A stretch of 64,000 nt of DNA, from positions 18,180 through 82,179 of the IMG/VR virus record IMGVR_UViG_3300021964_007119; one strand, 5' to 3'. This DNA comes from a virus. Shown here piece after piece: positions 38,019 through 47,250 of the stretch. A program made the translations under genes and the position numbers. Every line of letters starts with the position of its first letter. Within the stretch, counting starts at the first letter, position 1. The notes below the pieces were generated by a model. It ran no database searches. It had not been told where the DNA came from and saw only the letters and a program-made list of their open reading frames with translations.

Positions 38019-38226
38019 CTAAATATTCGTGTATTTCGTCATCAGTCATTCTGTTATCTTCTTGAAGTCTTTCAACCATTTCATCATAGGTTAAAGGTCT
38101 TCCATTGTTATAAACTGGTCCAATATTGGTTTCCATTTGAAACTCAATATCGTGTTGAGGTAATTTACCATTATCCCTATTCAATTCATAGTTCATACAA
38201 CCCATAGCGAAAGTTCCCATATCCAT
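38002..38226 (-). CDS. Hypothetical early protein
   Basis: 74-aa ORF, SD AGGAG, first gene after a promoter. Confidence 0.55.
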   Translation of the reverse strand: MDMGTFAMGCMNYELNRDNGKLPQHDIEFQMETNIGPVYNNGRPLTYDEMVERLQEDNRMTDDEIHEYLGGFEE

Positions 38227-38261
38227 AATTTAAATTCTCCTATTCATTATCATTACAATAC

Positions 38262-38298
38262 AATATAGGAGCTTCCTCATTCAAAGTCAAGAGCTTTC
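38262..38298 (-). promoter_or_regulatory. sigma70-type early promoter
   Basis: GAAAGCTC-TTGACT-17 bp-TATATT. Confidence 0.7.
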
Positions 38299-38475
38299 TT
38301 TAAAAAAGATGAATTTTAATGCGAAAAATCTTTGATTTTTCCAATATATATGGTGGGCCTATTAACATATATCTATAATATTATCAGAATTGACTCTTTC
38401 AGTCCAGTGTATAGGTACGATATGTGATTAGTGTGATGTATGGAGATTCTGATATATGGGAATTCTCAAATCAAG

Positions 38476-38498
38476 ACAGTTCCCGCGGGGGGAACTGT
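38476..38498. repeat. GC-rich 9-bp hairpin in a non-coding gap
   Basis: ACAGTTCCC-GCGGG-GGGAACTGT. Confidence 0.7.
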
Positions 38499-38761
38499 GG
38501 TTGAATGGGAAAAGAGCTTCTACTTATACTCATCTATTAGGGATATTTTCACGGGATGTAGACCCTTATTATGATGTATGTAAGTGTAAGCTACTTTCCT
38601 TTTTATAATTCTTTACACAAGAACTGTCTATTTTTTGTGGACTTTTTTATTTCGTGTGATTACTTGATTACTATTACTATATGTAGTGGCTTCTATACTA
38701 TCTATATTATTATTACCCGAGATGGCTCATATATCCATATTCTTTACCACCATAAAAGTCG

Positions 38762-38902
38762 TTAGACTTTTTTGGATTGGGATTTGAGTATTTTCGTTGT
38801 TCCTTTGGTATGTTTCGGGTCGTAAGGGCACATTTTACAACCACTCCCGCAACAATAACCACGAGCCAAGTGTTTCTCTCTTGACATTACTTTCTTTTTC
38901 AT
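38762..38902 (-). CDS. Small Cys-rich protein (DUF5522-like)
   Basis: Manual translation ...HLARGYCCGSGCKMCPY... Confidence 0.7.
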   Translation of the reverse strand: MKKKVMSREKHLARGYCCGSGCKMCPYDPKHTKGTTKILKSQSKKV

Positions 38903-38909
38903 TTTGATT

Positions 38910-39218
38910 TTAGTTTGAGAACATATCCCAGAACATATCACCTATTAATGCGATTAAACCACCACCAATTATAGTTCTCCACATAGTTGTGTTTTCTCTA
39001 AATTGTGTGTTTTGTTTGGTTTCCGCCCATAGGCCTTCATTGGGATTGAATAGATTTTCTTTGATAAATGAAATATCTTGGTGTATTTCATCAAATTTTG
39101 ATGTGAAATGTTTTTCCAACTTTTGAACTGATTTATCTTGTTCGTTTAGTCGGTATAGTATTAATTCTAAATCTTGTTTGTCTTGTTTATTCATAGGTTT
39201 TTTTAATCCTTTTTTCAT
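38910..39218 (-). CDS. Coiled-coil protein with C-terminal TM helix
   Basis: Heptad pattern then WRTIIGGGLIALIG; late-type motif upstream. Confidence 0.5.
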   Translation of the reverse strand: MKKGLKKPMNKQDKQDLELILYRLNEQDKSVQKLEKHFTSKFDEIHQDISFIKENLFNPNEGLWAETKQNTQFRENTTMWRTIIGGGLIALIGDMFWDMFSN

Positions 39219-39241
39219 CTCAAATATAAATATAACATTTA

Positions 39242-39598
39242 TTATTTTTGAGTAGGATTCGGGTCATTTTCTTCACGGGGTTCGTTATTATTTTTACCAC
39301 GAAGTGTATCTATTGGGCCTCCAACACCACCCATACCTGTTACTTTGGTTTTTTTACTAAAATCATTTATTTTTGGTTTCATATTTACCTCTTTTAATTC
39401 CTCTTTTGTTAATGGTCTATCTAACATTGGTATTTCTTCATCACATTCACAAATGTTACAACCACATTCTTCTTGATTAACTATTTTTTTGTTCTCATTC
39501 ATAACTTGCATAATTATCCAACCACTCATCAATACGATTGTCACCGAAATAAAGATAAATAATAAAAATCCTAATAATATGCTTAATAATGTGTTCAT
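39242..39598 (-). CDS. Membrane-anchored hypothetical protein
   Basis: N-terminal TM helix, CGCNICEC. Confidence 0.5.
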   Translation of the reverse strand: MNTLLSILLGFLLFIFISVTIVLMSGWIIMQVMNENKKIVNQEECGCNICECDEEIPMLDRPLTKEELKEVNMKPKINDFSKKTKVTGMGGVGGPIDTLRGKNNNEPREENDPNPTQK

Positions 39599-39695
39599 TT
39601 CGTCTATAAGTATTTGTTTTTGTTATTTTCTTCTATAATAAACAACACTATTAATGTTAATATTACGAATATCGGGAAGGCAGAGGCAGATAACA

Positions 39696-39932
39696 TTACA
39701 CCGAGCCCCCTTTGTATTCAAACACCACCTCGTATTTATATTCTGGTTCTGATTGTTTTAATCTATTGAGTTCTGTGTCGATATCTTTTGTCGTTATCCA
39801 CTTTTCTTGAACTTGATTATTGTTTTTGTCTGTGATTTTAACAATAAATCTTGAGTCAATCTCTCTTTTCTGTTGTTCTGTTAATTCTTCCATTGTCGTC
39901 CTTTTGTTTAGTGCTCCAAACTCCGTCGTCAT
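39696..39932 (-). CDS. Hypothetical protein (probable start MEELT)
   Basis: ORF track; SD AAAGGA before the internal ATG. Confidence 0.45.
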   Translation of the reverse strand: MTTEFGALNKRTTMEELTEQQKREIDSRFIVKITDKNNNQVQEKWITTKDIDTELNRLKQSEPEYKYEVVFEYKGGSV

Positions 39933-40071
39933 AACACACTTTTTTGTGTATTTTTAAATCTTCTCTATCTTCTAATTCTGAATCTATTGTGTCGTAGTAG
40001 TCTTCGCTTTCTCTAATTAATTTTGTAAATGTCTCTCCGCCGTTCCATATTCCTTTCTCGGAATCACTCAT
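39856..40071 (-). CDS. Hypothetical protein
   Basis: 71-aa ORF. Confidence 0.4.
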   Translation of the reverse strand: MSDSEKGIWNGGETFTKLIRESEDYYDTIDSELEDREDLKIHKKVCYDDGVWSTKQKDDNGRINRTTEKRD

Positions 40072-40711
40072 TATCGTTGTCCTTTCCTTTATCTTCCCAA
40101 GTTTTCATTTTTTTAATAGTCCAACCCAAATTATCGGGACTTTTTGGGGTTTCCATAATCTTTTTTTCTTTCGTGTTTAATATGAAAAAACAATTATAAC
40201 ACAATGTTCTTAAATTACTTAAATCTCTGTTTGACTTATCTTTGTCAATATAATCTAAGATTAACGGCGATTGTGAGTCTGATTTTCTAAATTCTGAATA
40301 TCCACAATTGGAACATTCTTGAATTAACCAACCCACTTTGATTAATCTATTTAATAATTTGTGGTCAGGATAGTTAGGGTGATTACCACTTAATATACTG
40401 GATAACCAGCCCTCGGTATTAAACCTATCCCCACCTTTGTTAACACCAACTCCTGCGGCATTCTTATTTTGTTCAAATAAGTCATACATTTTCGCATACT
40501 TCTTAAATGTATTATAGGATACTCCTAAAAACTTTGAGGCGGCTCGGATAGACCTCGTGTTTTGAATAGCCCACTCAATTTTAGATTTTGGAATTGGTTT
40601 ACTTCTAAAAGGATTTTTCTTATGTCTTTGTGGTTGAACTAATCCTCGTCCAAAAGCGTTTTCAAGTTCTTCCAAACTCTCTTGATGTTCTTTTTTTACA
40701 TCTTCACTCAT
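40064..40711 (-). CDS. HTH plus degenerate HNH-like zinc-binding protein
   Basis: SIRAASKFLGVSYNTFKKY HTH; CSNC...LILDYIDKDKSN...NLRTLCYNC with the HNH His replaced. Confidence 0.65.
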   Translation of the reverse strand: MSEDVKKEHQESLEELENAFGRGLVQPQRHKKNPFRSKPIPKSKIEWAIQNTRSIRAASKFLGVSYNTFKKYAKMYDLFEQNKNAAGVGVNKGGDRFNTEGWLSSILSGNHPNYPDHKLLNRLIKVGWLIQECSNCGYSEFRKSDSQSPLILDYIDKDKSNRDLSNLRTLCYNCFFILNTKEKKIMETPKSPDNLGWTIKKMKTWEDKGKDNDNE

Positions 40712-40713
40712 TT

Positions 40714-40926
40714 TTACTTTTTATATTTCTTTTTAAAAGGTTTCTTTTTATATCTTTTTTTAGGTTTTTGTTTTAATAGTTCGTCTTTTAACATTTTTCT
40801 TTGTATTCTTAAACTAATAACTTCATTATCTAAATCACTCATTTTTCCTGATGATACTATTGCTACTGCTAAACTACCACCAATACTACCTATTAATAAA
40901 CCTATTGTAAATAAAATCCATTCCAT
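40714..40926 (-). CDS. Membrane-anchored small protein with Lys-rich tail
   Basis: N-terminal TM helix; SD GGAGG. Confidence 0.55.
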   Translation of the reverse strand: MEWILFTIGLLIGSIGGSLAVAIVSSGKMSDLDNEVISLRIQRKMLKDELLKQKPKKRYKKKPFKKKYKK

Positions 40927-40927
40927 T

Positions 40928-41134
40928 TTATTCCTCCTCTAAATATTCACTATTCTGATGTATTATAATTAACGAGCCACTATCTTCGTTTGGATTTTCT
41001 TCATAATCCAATCGGACATTTACTGCTTCATCAAAAATAGTTTTTTTTAATTCAGTTAATTCTTTATCAGAATTTAACTCTTGTATTTGTTTCGTCTTTT
41101 TCTTTTTTAACTTCATATAACCTCTCAAAATCAT
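40928..41134 (-). CDS. Hypothetical protein (start uncertain)
   Basis: ORF track; overlaps the upstream gene. Confidence 0.35.
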   Translation of the reverse strand: MILRGYMKLKKKKTKQIQELNSDKELTELKKTIFDEAVNVRLDYEENPNEDSGSLIIIHQNSEYLEEE

Positions 41135-41255
41135 CTTTACTTGGTATTTGTTTTTTAAAGTAAAAGAATTCTTTTGCTTCTTCCATATCTGTTAAATTAT
41201 CTTGGACATCTACTACTTCTTTTGCTGTTTTGTTGATTAATCTATATCTACCCAT
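41067..41255 (-). CDS. Hypothetical protein
   Basis: 62-aa ORF. Confidence 0.45.
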   Translation of the reverse strand: MGRYRLINKTAKEVVDVQDNLTDMEEAKEFFYFKKQIPSKDDFERLYEVKKEKDETNTRVKF

Positions 41256-41472
41256 ATAATTTCATTAAATCCGTATAACCACCGATAACTTTTTCATTCA
41301 CAACTATTGTTGGAATTGCTAATCTACCGGTTAATTCCATTAATCTGTTTCTACTTATTCCTTGCGAGTCTATGTTAATTTCTTCATAAGGAATGTTTTT
41401 CTCGTCGAGAAATCTTTTTGCGGATACACAACCAGAACACCAATCTGCTGAATATATTACTATCTTATCCAC
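41248..41472 (-). CDS. Glutaredoxin / NrdH-like redoxin
   Basis: YSADWCSGC...AIPTI...IGGYTDL. Confidence 0.88.
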   Translation of the reverse strand: MDKIVIYSADWCSGCVSAKRFLDEKNIPYEEINIDSQGISRNRLMELTGRLAIPTIVVNEKVIGGYTDLMKLYG

Positions 41473-41848
41473 CTAAAACCTTTTTCTTTCCACCATCATA
41501 TTCGTATGCGTGTCCATTATCTATCAGTAATTGGTTCAATGATTTATCTTCACCTTCAATAAAGATTTCACCAAGTAATCTACCATATTTTCCAACCCCG
41601 TGTGATTTCACTGTGAATTTACCATCATTTCTTGATAACATTTCTAATGTGTATGCTTTCGCTTTTAAACCTAATTTTTTTTCTTCAAGGTTTCGTGTTC
41701 TACTTTCCCAGGTATCAACACCCATAAATCTAATTCTTTTCTTTACTTGTGTATTGAATCCTAAATCTATCCATGCATCGGCGGTATCTCCGTCAACTCC
41801 TTTTATTAATCTTGCATTATAAATCCACGGGTCTAATTTTTTACCCAT
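41465..41848 (-). CDS. Thermonuclease (SNase-like)
   Basis: VDGDT...RIRFMGVDTWE...KYGRLLG...HAYEYDGG. Confidence 0.88.
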   Translation of the reverse strand: MGKKLDPWIYNARLIKGVDGDTADAWIDLGFNTQVKKRIRFMGVDTWESRTRNLEEKKLGLKAKAYTLEMLSRNDGKFTVKSHGVGKYGRLLGEIFIEGEDKSLNQLLIDNGHAYEYDGGKKKVLGG

Positions 41849-41897
41849 TTTATTTCTCCTGATATTGTGAACATTTCATATAGTAATAAATATCATT

Positions 41898-42134
41898 TTA
41901 TTTAATTTTTAAGCCTTTTATTTTATCTAAAAACTCTTCTATTGTATAATCTTTAACTTGTTGGTCTATAATACGAACTTCTTCTAATTTTTCTGGATAT
42001 TTTTCTACCAAGTTCATTAGAATTTTAAATCCGTCTTCGGTATGAAATGTGTTGAAACTAATCTCACCCAATGTATTTGTTGAGTTGATTGCATCCTTTT
42101 CGGTATCACCTTTCATTAAAATATAGAAAGTCAT
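41898..42134 (-). CDS. Hypothetical protein
   Basis: 78-aa ORF. Confidence 0.5.
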   Translation of the reverse strand: MTFYILMKGDTEKDAINSTNTLGEISFNTFHTEDGFKILMNLVEKYPEKLEEVRIIDQQVKDYTIEEFLDKIKGLKIK

Positions 42135-43054
42135 TCTGAATCAAATGGTATTTCTAATTGTTCTGACTTTTCCCAAGCAACACCAGTATCATTGTCTTCC
42201 CAATCTTTTTCCGGTCTTACTTCTAAATTGGTATTCCACACACCACTTAAAGTGTGCATATCCAATCCTAATTCATTACCAAATGAAATCATTGCACTAA
42301 TATCTTTTGGAAAACATTTACCACCAAAACCAAACTTTCCATCTGGTCCTGGAACATTCATATGTGAGTGTCCTATTCTTCCGTCTCTTATGAAACCTTC
42401 AACTGCCATATTCCAATCTGCTTCACACAAATCAGAAACTTGTCTCATTTCGTTTAAGAAAGATACTTTAGTTGCAAAGAAACAATTATTCATATATTTT
42501 ATTAGTTCTGCTGTTTGATAATTTGTTTCAATAACTGGGATAGTATCACCAAATCTCCAACGATATAAATCTGCTACTTTATTTGTATTTTCTTTATCAC
42601 CACCCAATATATAACGAGTTTGATTTATAAAATCAAAGTTAGCACTTCGTTCTGTTAAAAACTCTGGATTAAATACCAAGTTTAAGTTTTGATATTTTTG
42701 TTGAAGCTTTTTGGTTGTTCCAGGTGTTATGGTGCTTCTTATCAATACAATGTTATCAACTGCTGGAACTAATTCTAAATGTTCTGGTTCTATTTCAGCA
42801 GTTATTTTAGATATTTCTTGTAATGCATCTTCTACATAACTTAAATTTATACTTCCGTCTGAATTTGATGGTGTTGGTACTGATAAAAATATAAAGTCAG
42901 AATATGCAACTACATCTTCCAATGTGTGCAATGACCTTGATTTGTCTTTATCGTAGATATACATTTCATCTACATCACAACCCGTTTGTGGTGAAAATCC
43001 AAACTCTACCGCTGAACCTACAAATCCTCTACCTACTATACCAATTTTATACAT
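42131..43054 (-). CDS. ugd: UDP-glucose/GDP-mannose 6-dehydrogenase (short form)
   Basis: GRGFVG, VPTP, NPEFL, AELIKY, GFGGKCFPKD. Confidence 0.85.
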   Translation of the reverse strand: MYKIGIVGRGFVGSAVEFGFSPQTGCDVDEMYIYDKDKSRSLHTLEDVVAYSDFIFLSVPTPSNSDGSINLSYVEDALQEISKITAEIEPEHLELVPAVDNIVLIRSTITPGTTKKLQQKYQNLNLVFNPEFLTERSANFDFINQTRYILGGDKENTNKVADLYRWRFGDTIPVIETNYQTAELIKYMNNCFFATKVSFLNEMRQVSDLCEADWNMAVEGFIRDGRIGHSHMNVPGPDGKFGFGGKCFPKDISAMISFGNELGLDMHTLSGVWNTNLEVRPEKDWEDNDTGVAWEKSEQLEIPFDSE

Positions 43055-43961
43055 CTAATCCCATCTCCTTTTTATATTTTGGAATCCAAGTATCAATATT
43101 TCCTTTTGGTTTCCAACCCAACAATTCTTCTGCTAATGAATTGTCTGCTAATGTTTCTGGTGGTTCAATTACTGGGTCTACATTAACTTTATCTCCACCA
43201 ATCATATCTGCGATGTCATTAATTGAACGATTATCACCATTACCAATATTGATGACTTCACCATTACCAACATTTTCAGATTGAGATGCTAGTATGTTTG
43301 CGTTTACAACATCACCTACATAAGTGAAATCTCGTCTTTGTTCTCCGTCGCCTCTAATTGTCATTGGTTTTCCATTTAATAATTGGTCTACGAATATACC
43401 AATAACCATTGCGTAAGCTCCACCAACATTTTGTCGTTCACCATAGATATTAAAATATCTTAATGATACGGTTTCTAATCCGTATACTTCGGAAAACATT
43501 TTACACATAACTTCACCATAATATTTTTGTGCTCCATACGGGGACAATGGATTTACCGGGTCTGATTCTTTTGATGGTAATTTCTCGGTATTTCCGTAGG
43601 CTGATGATGACGCACTATATACGACTCTCCTCACACCTGCGTCTGAAGCACATTTTAAAACATTTAAAGTTCCGATTGTATTATTAGTTTCATATTCAAC
43701 AGGTTCTTCGATTGAAGGTTGAACTCTCGCTTTAGCGGCTAGTAAAAATACTGAATCCGCTCCCTTCATAACTTCTGTCATATTCTTATCTTGTTTAGGG
43801 TCACTAATATCCATATACTCTAACTGAACTTTTGGATTAATATTCTCTCTCTTACCCGTTGATAAATTATCTATTACTACTACTTCGTGGTTCTGTTCTA
43901 CAAGTTTATCTACGATATTACTACCGATAAAACCTGCACCACCTACTACTACATATTTCAT
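43047..43961 (-). CDS. NAD-dependent nucleotide-sugar epimerase/dehydratase
   Basis: GGAGFIGS, YGAQK (YxxxK), LRYFNIYG, RDFTYV. Confidence 0.92.
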   Translation of the reverse strand: MKYVVVGGAGFIGSNIVDKLVEQNHEVVVIDNLSTGKRENINPKVQLEYMDISDPKQDKNMTEVMKGADSVFLLAAKARVQPSIEEPVEYETNNTIGTLNVLKCASDAGVRRVVYSASSSAYGNTEKLPSKESDPVNPLSPYGAQKYYGEVMCKMFSEVYGLETVSLRYFNIYGERQNVGGAYAMVIGIFVDQLLNGKPMTIRGDGEQRRDFTYVGDVVNANILASQSENVGNGEVINIGNGDNRSINDIADMIGGDKVNVDPVIEPPETLADNSLAEELLGWKPKGNIDTWIPKYKKEMGLDV

Positions 43962-44632
43962 TGTTTTTTCTCCAATTTACTATCATATTTTTTTGTTTCT
44001 TCCGAATCATTTGTTCTATTGTTGTCGTGGAAACGATAACGATATAATGGCATTCTCAAATGATACATTTTATATTTATCTAAAAATCTTTTATTCAAGT
44101 CGTGTCCTTCTCTCATTTTGAAACTCTCATCATAAAAACCAAGATTTGCAAGTGATTCGTAAGTATACATTATACCACACGCAACAAATTCTTCTTTTGA
44201 ATTGTGTCTAGATAATAATTCGGCCGTGTCATTGACTTTAAAATAATCACACGCTACTGCTTGATAATTACAATCTGTGTTCATTACTCTTGGTCCAGAA
44301 TTTGACTTTAAAAAGGTTGACAAGACATATAAAAAATGACTTGAAACATAATCATCACAATCCACTCTTACAAAATACTTTGACATTGATGTTTTTAAAA
44401 TTTTGTTTAATGATGTTGGTAATCCTAAGTTTTTTTCGTTATTGATTACCCTAATGTTCATATGTTCTTTAAAAATATCAGTAACATCATCTAATGTTTC
44501 ATTTGGGTCATCATTGACTACTACAACTTCATATCTTGATTTTTCTAATGTTTGTGAGTTTAAACTTCTTAAACAGCGGTGTAACCACTCTTTTTGTTTA
44601 TAAACACAAACTGCTACAGTGATTTCATACAT
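43958..44632 (-). CDS. Glycosyltransferase family 2
   Basis: VVVVNDD, NLGL, RVDCDD. Confidence 0.88.
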   Translation of the reverse strand: MYEITVAVCVYKQKEWLHRCLRSLNSQTLEKSRYEVVVVNDDPNETLDDVTDIFKEHMNIRVINNEKNLGLPTSLNKILKTSMSKYFVRVDCDDYVSSHFLYVLSTFLKSNSGPRVMNTDCNYQAVACDYFKVNDTAELLSRHNSKEEFVACGIMYTYESLANLGFYDESFKMREGHDLNKRFLDKYKMYHLRMPLYRYRFHDNNRTNDSEETKKYDSKLEKKQ

Positions 44633-45546
44633 AATTCTAATATACTCCTAAATGCTATTTCTTGACTATCTGTCGTTACACCAGCAACATGCGGTGTTAA
44701 AGTTAAATTTTCATACTTACCACTTTGATACAATTGAAATAATTCTGAGTGGAATGGTGTGTTTTCATTTTGTTCATCTACAATTACATCAGCAGAATAA
44801 TAAATTTCTCTTGACTTTATCAATAAACTTATGTATCTTTCATCAACGACTTCACCTCTTGAAGTATTAATGACCACAAGACCCTTTTTAAAGTCTTTAA
44901 AGGTATCATATGTGATTAAATTTCTACTCGTATCATTTAACCCACAATTAATTGATACAATATCTACATCTTTTAATGATTCAATATTTGGAACTTTATT
45001 TTTTCCTCGTAAAACATTTGGGTCATAGAATTTATAATTCATACCGAAAGTTTCTGCATATTTTGAAACATTTTTACCTATTCTACCATAACCAATAATA
45101 CCAATGGTTTTTCCATATAATTGTTGAGTTCTTAAATTTTCTTCGTTATTTTTTTCTCTCCAATGTTTTGTATTGTTAGTTGCTTCTCTAAACTTTCTCA
45201 TAGCATTCATAATATGTAACCAAGTAAATTCTGATGAAGCTGTTATTTTATCTAATGATTTTCTATCATCTAATAATGAATAAAATTGTATTCCTCTTTT
45301 CTTTAAATAATCTAAATCAATGTGTGTATTACCGGTTGAAGGTGTTGCTACTATTTTTAAGTCTTTACACCACTCGTTATTAAGTGAACTTTTATCATAT
45401 TTAAAATCACTACCAGGATTAGTTATTAATATTTCTGGATAAATACTTTCTTCTAATCCTAAATCAAATAATAAATCATCTTTAATATTAATAAAATCTG
45501 TTGGACAATCTATTTGTATTTTAGTTCGTTCTTTTTTCCAACTCAT
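44614..45546 (-). CDS. D-isomer-specific 2-hydroxyacid dehydrogenase
   Basis: GIIGYGRIG, INTSRGEVVD, LTPHVAG. Confidence 0.88.
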   Translation of the reverse strand: MSWKKERTKIQIDCPTDFINIKDDLLFDLGLEESIYPEILITNPGSDFKYDKSSLNNEWCKDLKIVATPSTGNTHIDLDYLKKRGIQFYSLLDDRKSLDKITASSEFTWLHIMNAMRKFREATNNTKHWREKNNEENLRTQQLYGKTIGIIGYGRIGKNVSKYAETFGMNYKFYDPNVLRGKNKVPNIESLKDVDIVSINCGLNDTSRNLITYDTFKDFKKGLVVINTSRGEVVDERYISLLIKSREIYYSADVIVDEQNENTPFHSELFQLYQSGKYENLTLTPHVAGVTTDSQEIAFRSILELCMKSL

Positions 45547-46280
45547 TAACTTCTCTCTATTGCTTCTTTTATGTTTAACATTACTTCTGCTATTCTTAAA
45601 TCTATTTCACTATCTATGTTGATTGAATATTTATCTTCCATTACATAAGGTCTTGAAATTTTTCCGTGTCTTGTTTTTTCGTTCATTAGTGTATCTCTTT
45701 TCATTGAATAGATACCACCATTTCTAATATAACACGGCTCTAAATCTTGTCTTCTACCAGCATCTCCCTCTGGATATTCTGAACAAAAGTCTTCAATCAA
45801 ATCATCATCAGTAATTCTTTTCATTCTAACGGGGTGTTTGTCGGTCATTTGTGTGACTGAAATAACACTATCTGCATCTGTTGTGATTAATTTATTTACA
45901 GCTTCTCGAATGTGGTCTTCGTTTCTTAATGGACACACTACTGGAAGTTCTACTACATAATCATATGTAATTCCTTTTAACTTTTCAATCTCACCAACCG
46001 CCCAATGTAAAGAATCAACTGATAAAACTTCATCTCCTGATAATTCTTCTGGTCTTTTTATTGTATTGACTTCTTCTTGTCTTCCAACTTCTAGTATTTC
46101 ATCTGAATCAGAACTAACCCAAATACTATCAAATACATTACTTTTTTTAGCAGATTCGATAGTCCAAGTCATTAATGGTTTTCCATTAACTTTTCTAATG
46201 TTCTTTCTTGGAACACCTTTTGAACCACCACGAACTTGCAATACACACAAAATTTTATTCTTCTGATAAGTATGATTCAC
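45546..46280 (-). CDS. neuA: CMP-nonulosonic acid synthetase (acylneuraminate cytidylyltransferase)
   Basis: RGGSKGVPRKN, GKPL, NGGIY, NIDSEIDL. Confidence 0.88.
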   Translation of the reverse strand: MNHTYQKNKILCVLQVRGGSKGVPRKNIRKVNGKPLMTWTIESAKKSNVFDSIWVSSDSDEILEVGRQEEVNTIKRPEELSGDEVLSVDSLHWAVGEIEKLKGITYDYVVELPVVCPLRNEDHIREAVNKLITTDADSVISVTQMTDKHPVRMKRITDDDLIEDFCSEYPEGDAGRRQDLEPCYIRNGGIYSMKRDTLMNEKTRHGKISRPYVMEDKYSINIDSEIDLRIAEVMLNIKEAIERS

Positions 46281-47250
46281 TCATTTTCTCCTTTAATTGT
46301 TCTTCGGTAAGAGGCTTTTGTTCAACTTTCATATCCCAACGACCTGTATAATTTTCTCTTGTTTCGGCTTCTATATCTTGATAATCTCTACCTAAAAATT
46401 GACTTGTTTCTTCTCTTAATTTAATGTAGTTATTTAATTCCAACATTTCATCAGGAAGTATTGAGAATTTATTATCTCTACCAGGTAAACTTTTATCTAT
46501 TGTGAAATGTTTTTCAATCCAATCAACACCATATTCTAATGATTGTTTTGCAACTTCAATACCTTCACAATGGTCTGAATAACCTATTTCAAATTTTTCT
46601 AATCCAGGTGTTTGTTCACACAATTCTCTTAACAAATTAATTTTTGGTAAGTTTGCTCTACTTGGTTCACAAGGATAAGACGAAACACAATGCATCAAAA
46701 TAAGTTTTTTATTATATCCACCTACTGATGTAGGGAAATATTTACAAGTGTTTTCTATGTTTTCTCTTATTTCTGAAAACTTTGAAGTTCCGGTTGACAT
46801 AAAAACATTATCAAATACTGAAAAAGTATATTTTAATAAATCTTTATTTCTTGACTCCATACTTGGAATTTTAACGCTTCTATGTTGAAAAGAATTGTGT
46901 CTTCTGTCCGACATCATTAACATTCTCATTCCTTGTTGACTAAAACCTGTGCATAAAAACTTTATACCTACATCTCTACAAATATCTCTTATTTCACTTA
47001 AACTTGTTGGATAACCATTTGCCATTGAAGCCTTTTCATAAATTTCCCTACGACCATCAGTATCCCAAGGCCCAGGTTTTAAATATTTAGGGTCAAAGTA
47101 TTGGAACTTTGCGAATTCAGCACCACTATCTTTAGCGGCTTGAACCATTTCTTTACATAATCCTGCATCATCTATGTAATTAAATCCTATTTCAGCTATT
47201 AATTTCGTCATAATACTCCTCAAATGGAAATGGAATTTCATTAAATCCAA
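46255..47250 (-). CDS. neuB: Nonulosonic acid synthase, NeuB family, no C-terminal SAF domain
   Basis: IAEIG, AKFQ, KIPS, MSTG, MHCVSSYP, GYSDH, IEKHFT; probable start MTKLIAE. Confidence 0.88.
   Translation of the reverse strand: MDLMKFHFHLRSIMTKLIAEIGFNYIDDAGLCKEMVQAAKDSGAEFAKFQYFDPKYLKPGPWDTDGRREIYEKASMANGYPTSLSEIRDICRDVGIKFLCTGFSQQGMRMLMMSDRRHNSFQHRSVKIPSMESRNKDLLKYTFSVFDNVFMSTGTSKFSEIRENIENTCKYFPTSVGGYNKKLILMHCVSSYPCEPSRANLPKINLLRELCEQTPGLEKFEIGYSDHCEGIEVAKQSLEYGVDWIEKHFTIDKSLPGRDNKFSILPDEMLELNNYIKLREETSQFLGRDYQDIEAETRENYTGRWDMKVEQKPLTEEQLKEKMSESYLSEE

Noticed and set aside
33000-40000. CRISPR array
   Set aside because: No regularly spaced direct repeats; recurring GTCAAGAGC elements are promoters at irregular spacing
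40928-41255. Programmed frameshift joining the two overlapping ORFs
   Set aside because: Short overlaps are common here; an alternative or mutated start (ACG in place of ATG at ..GACGAAACAA..) explains it equally well and no stimulatory structure is evident
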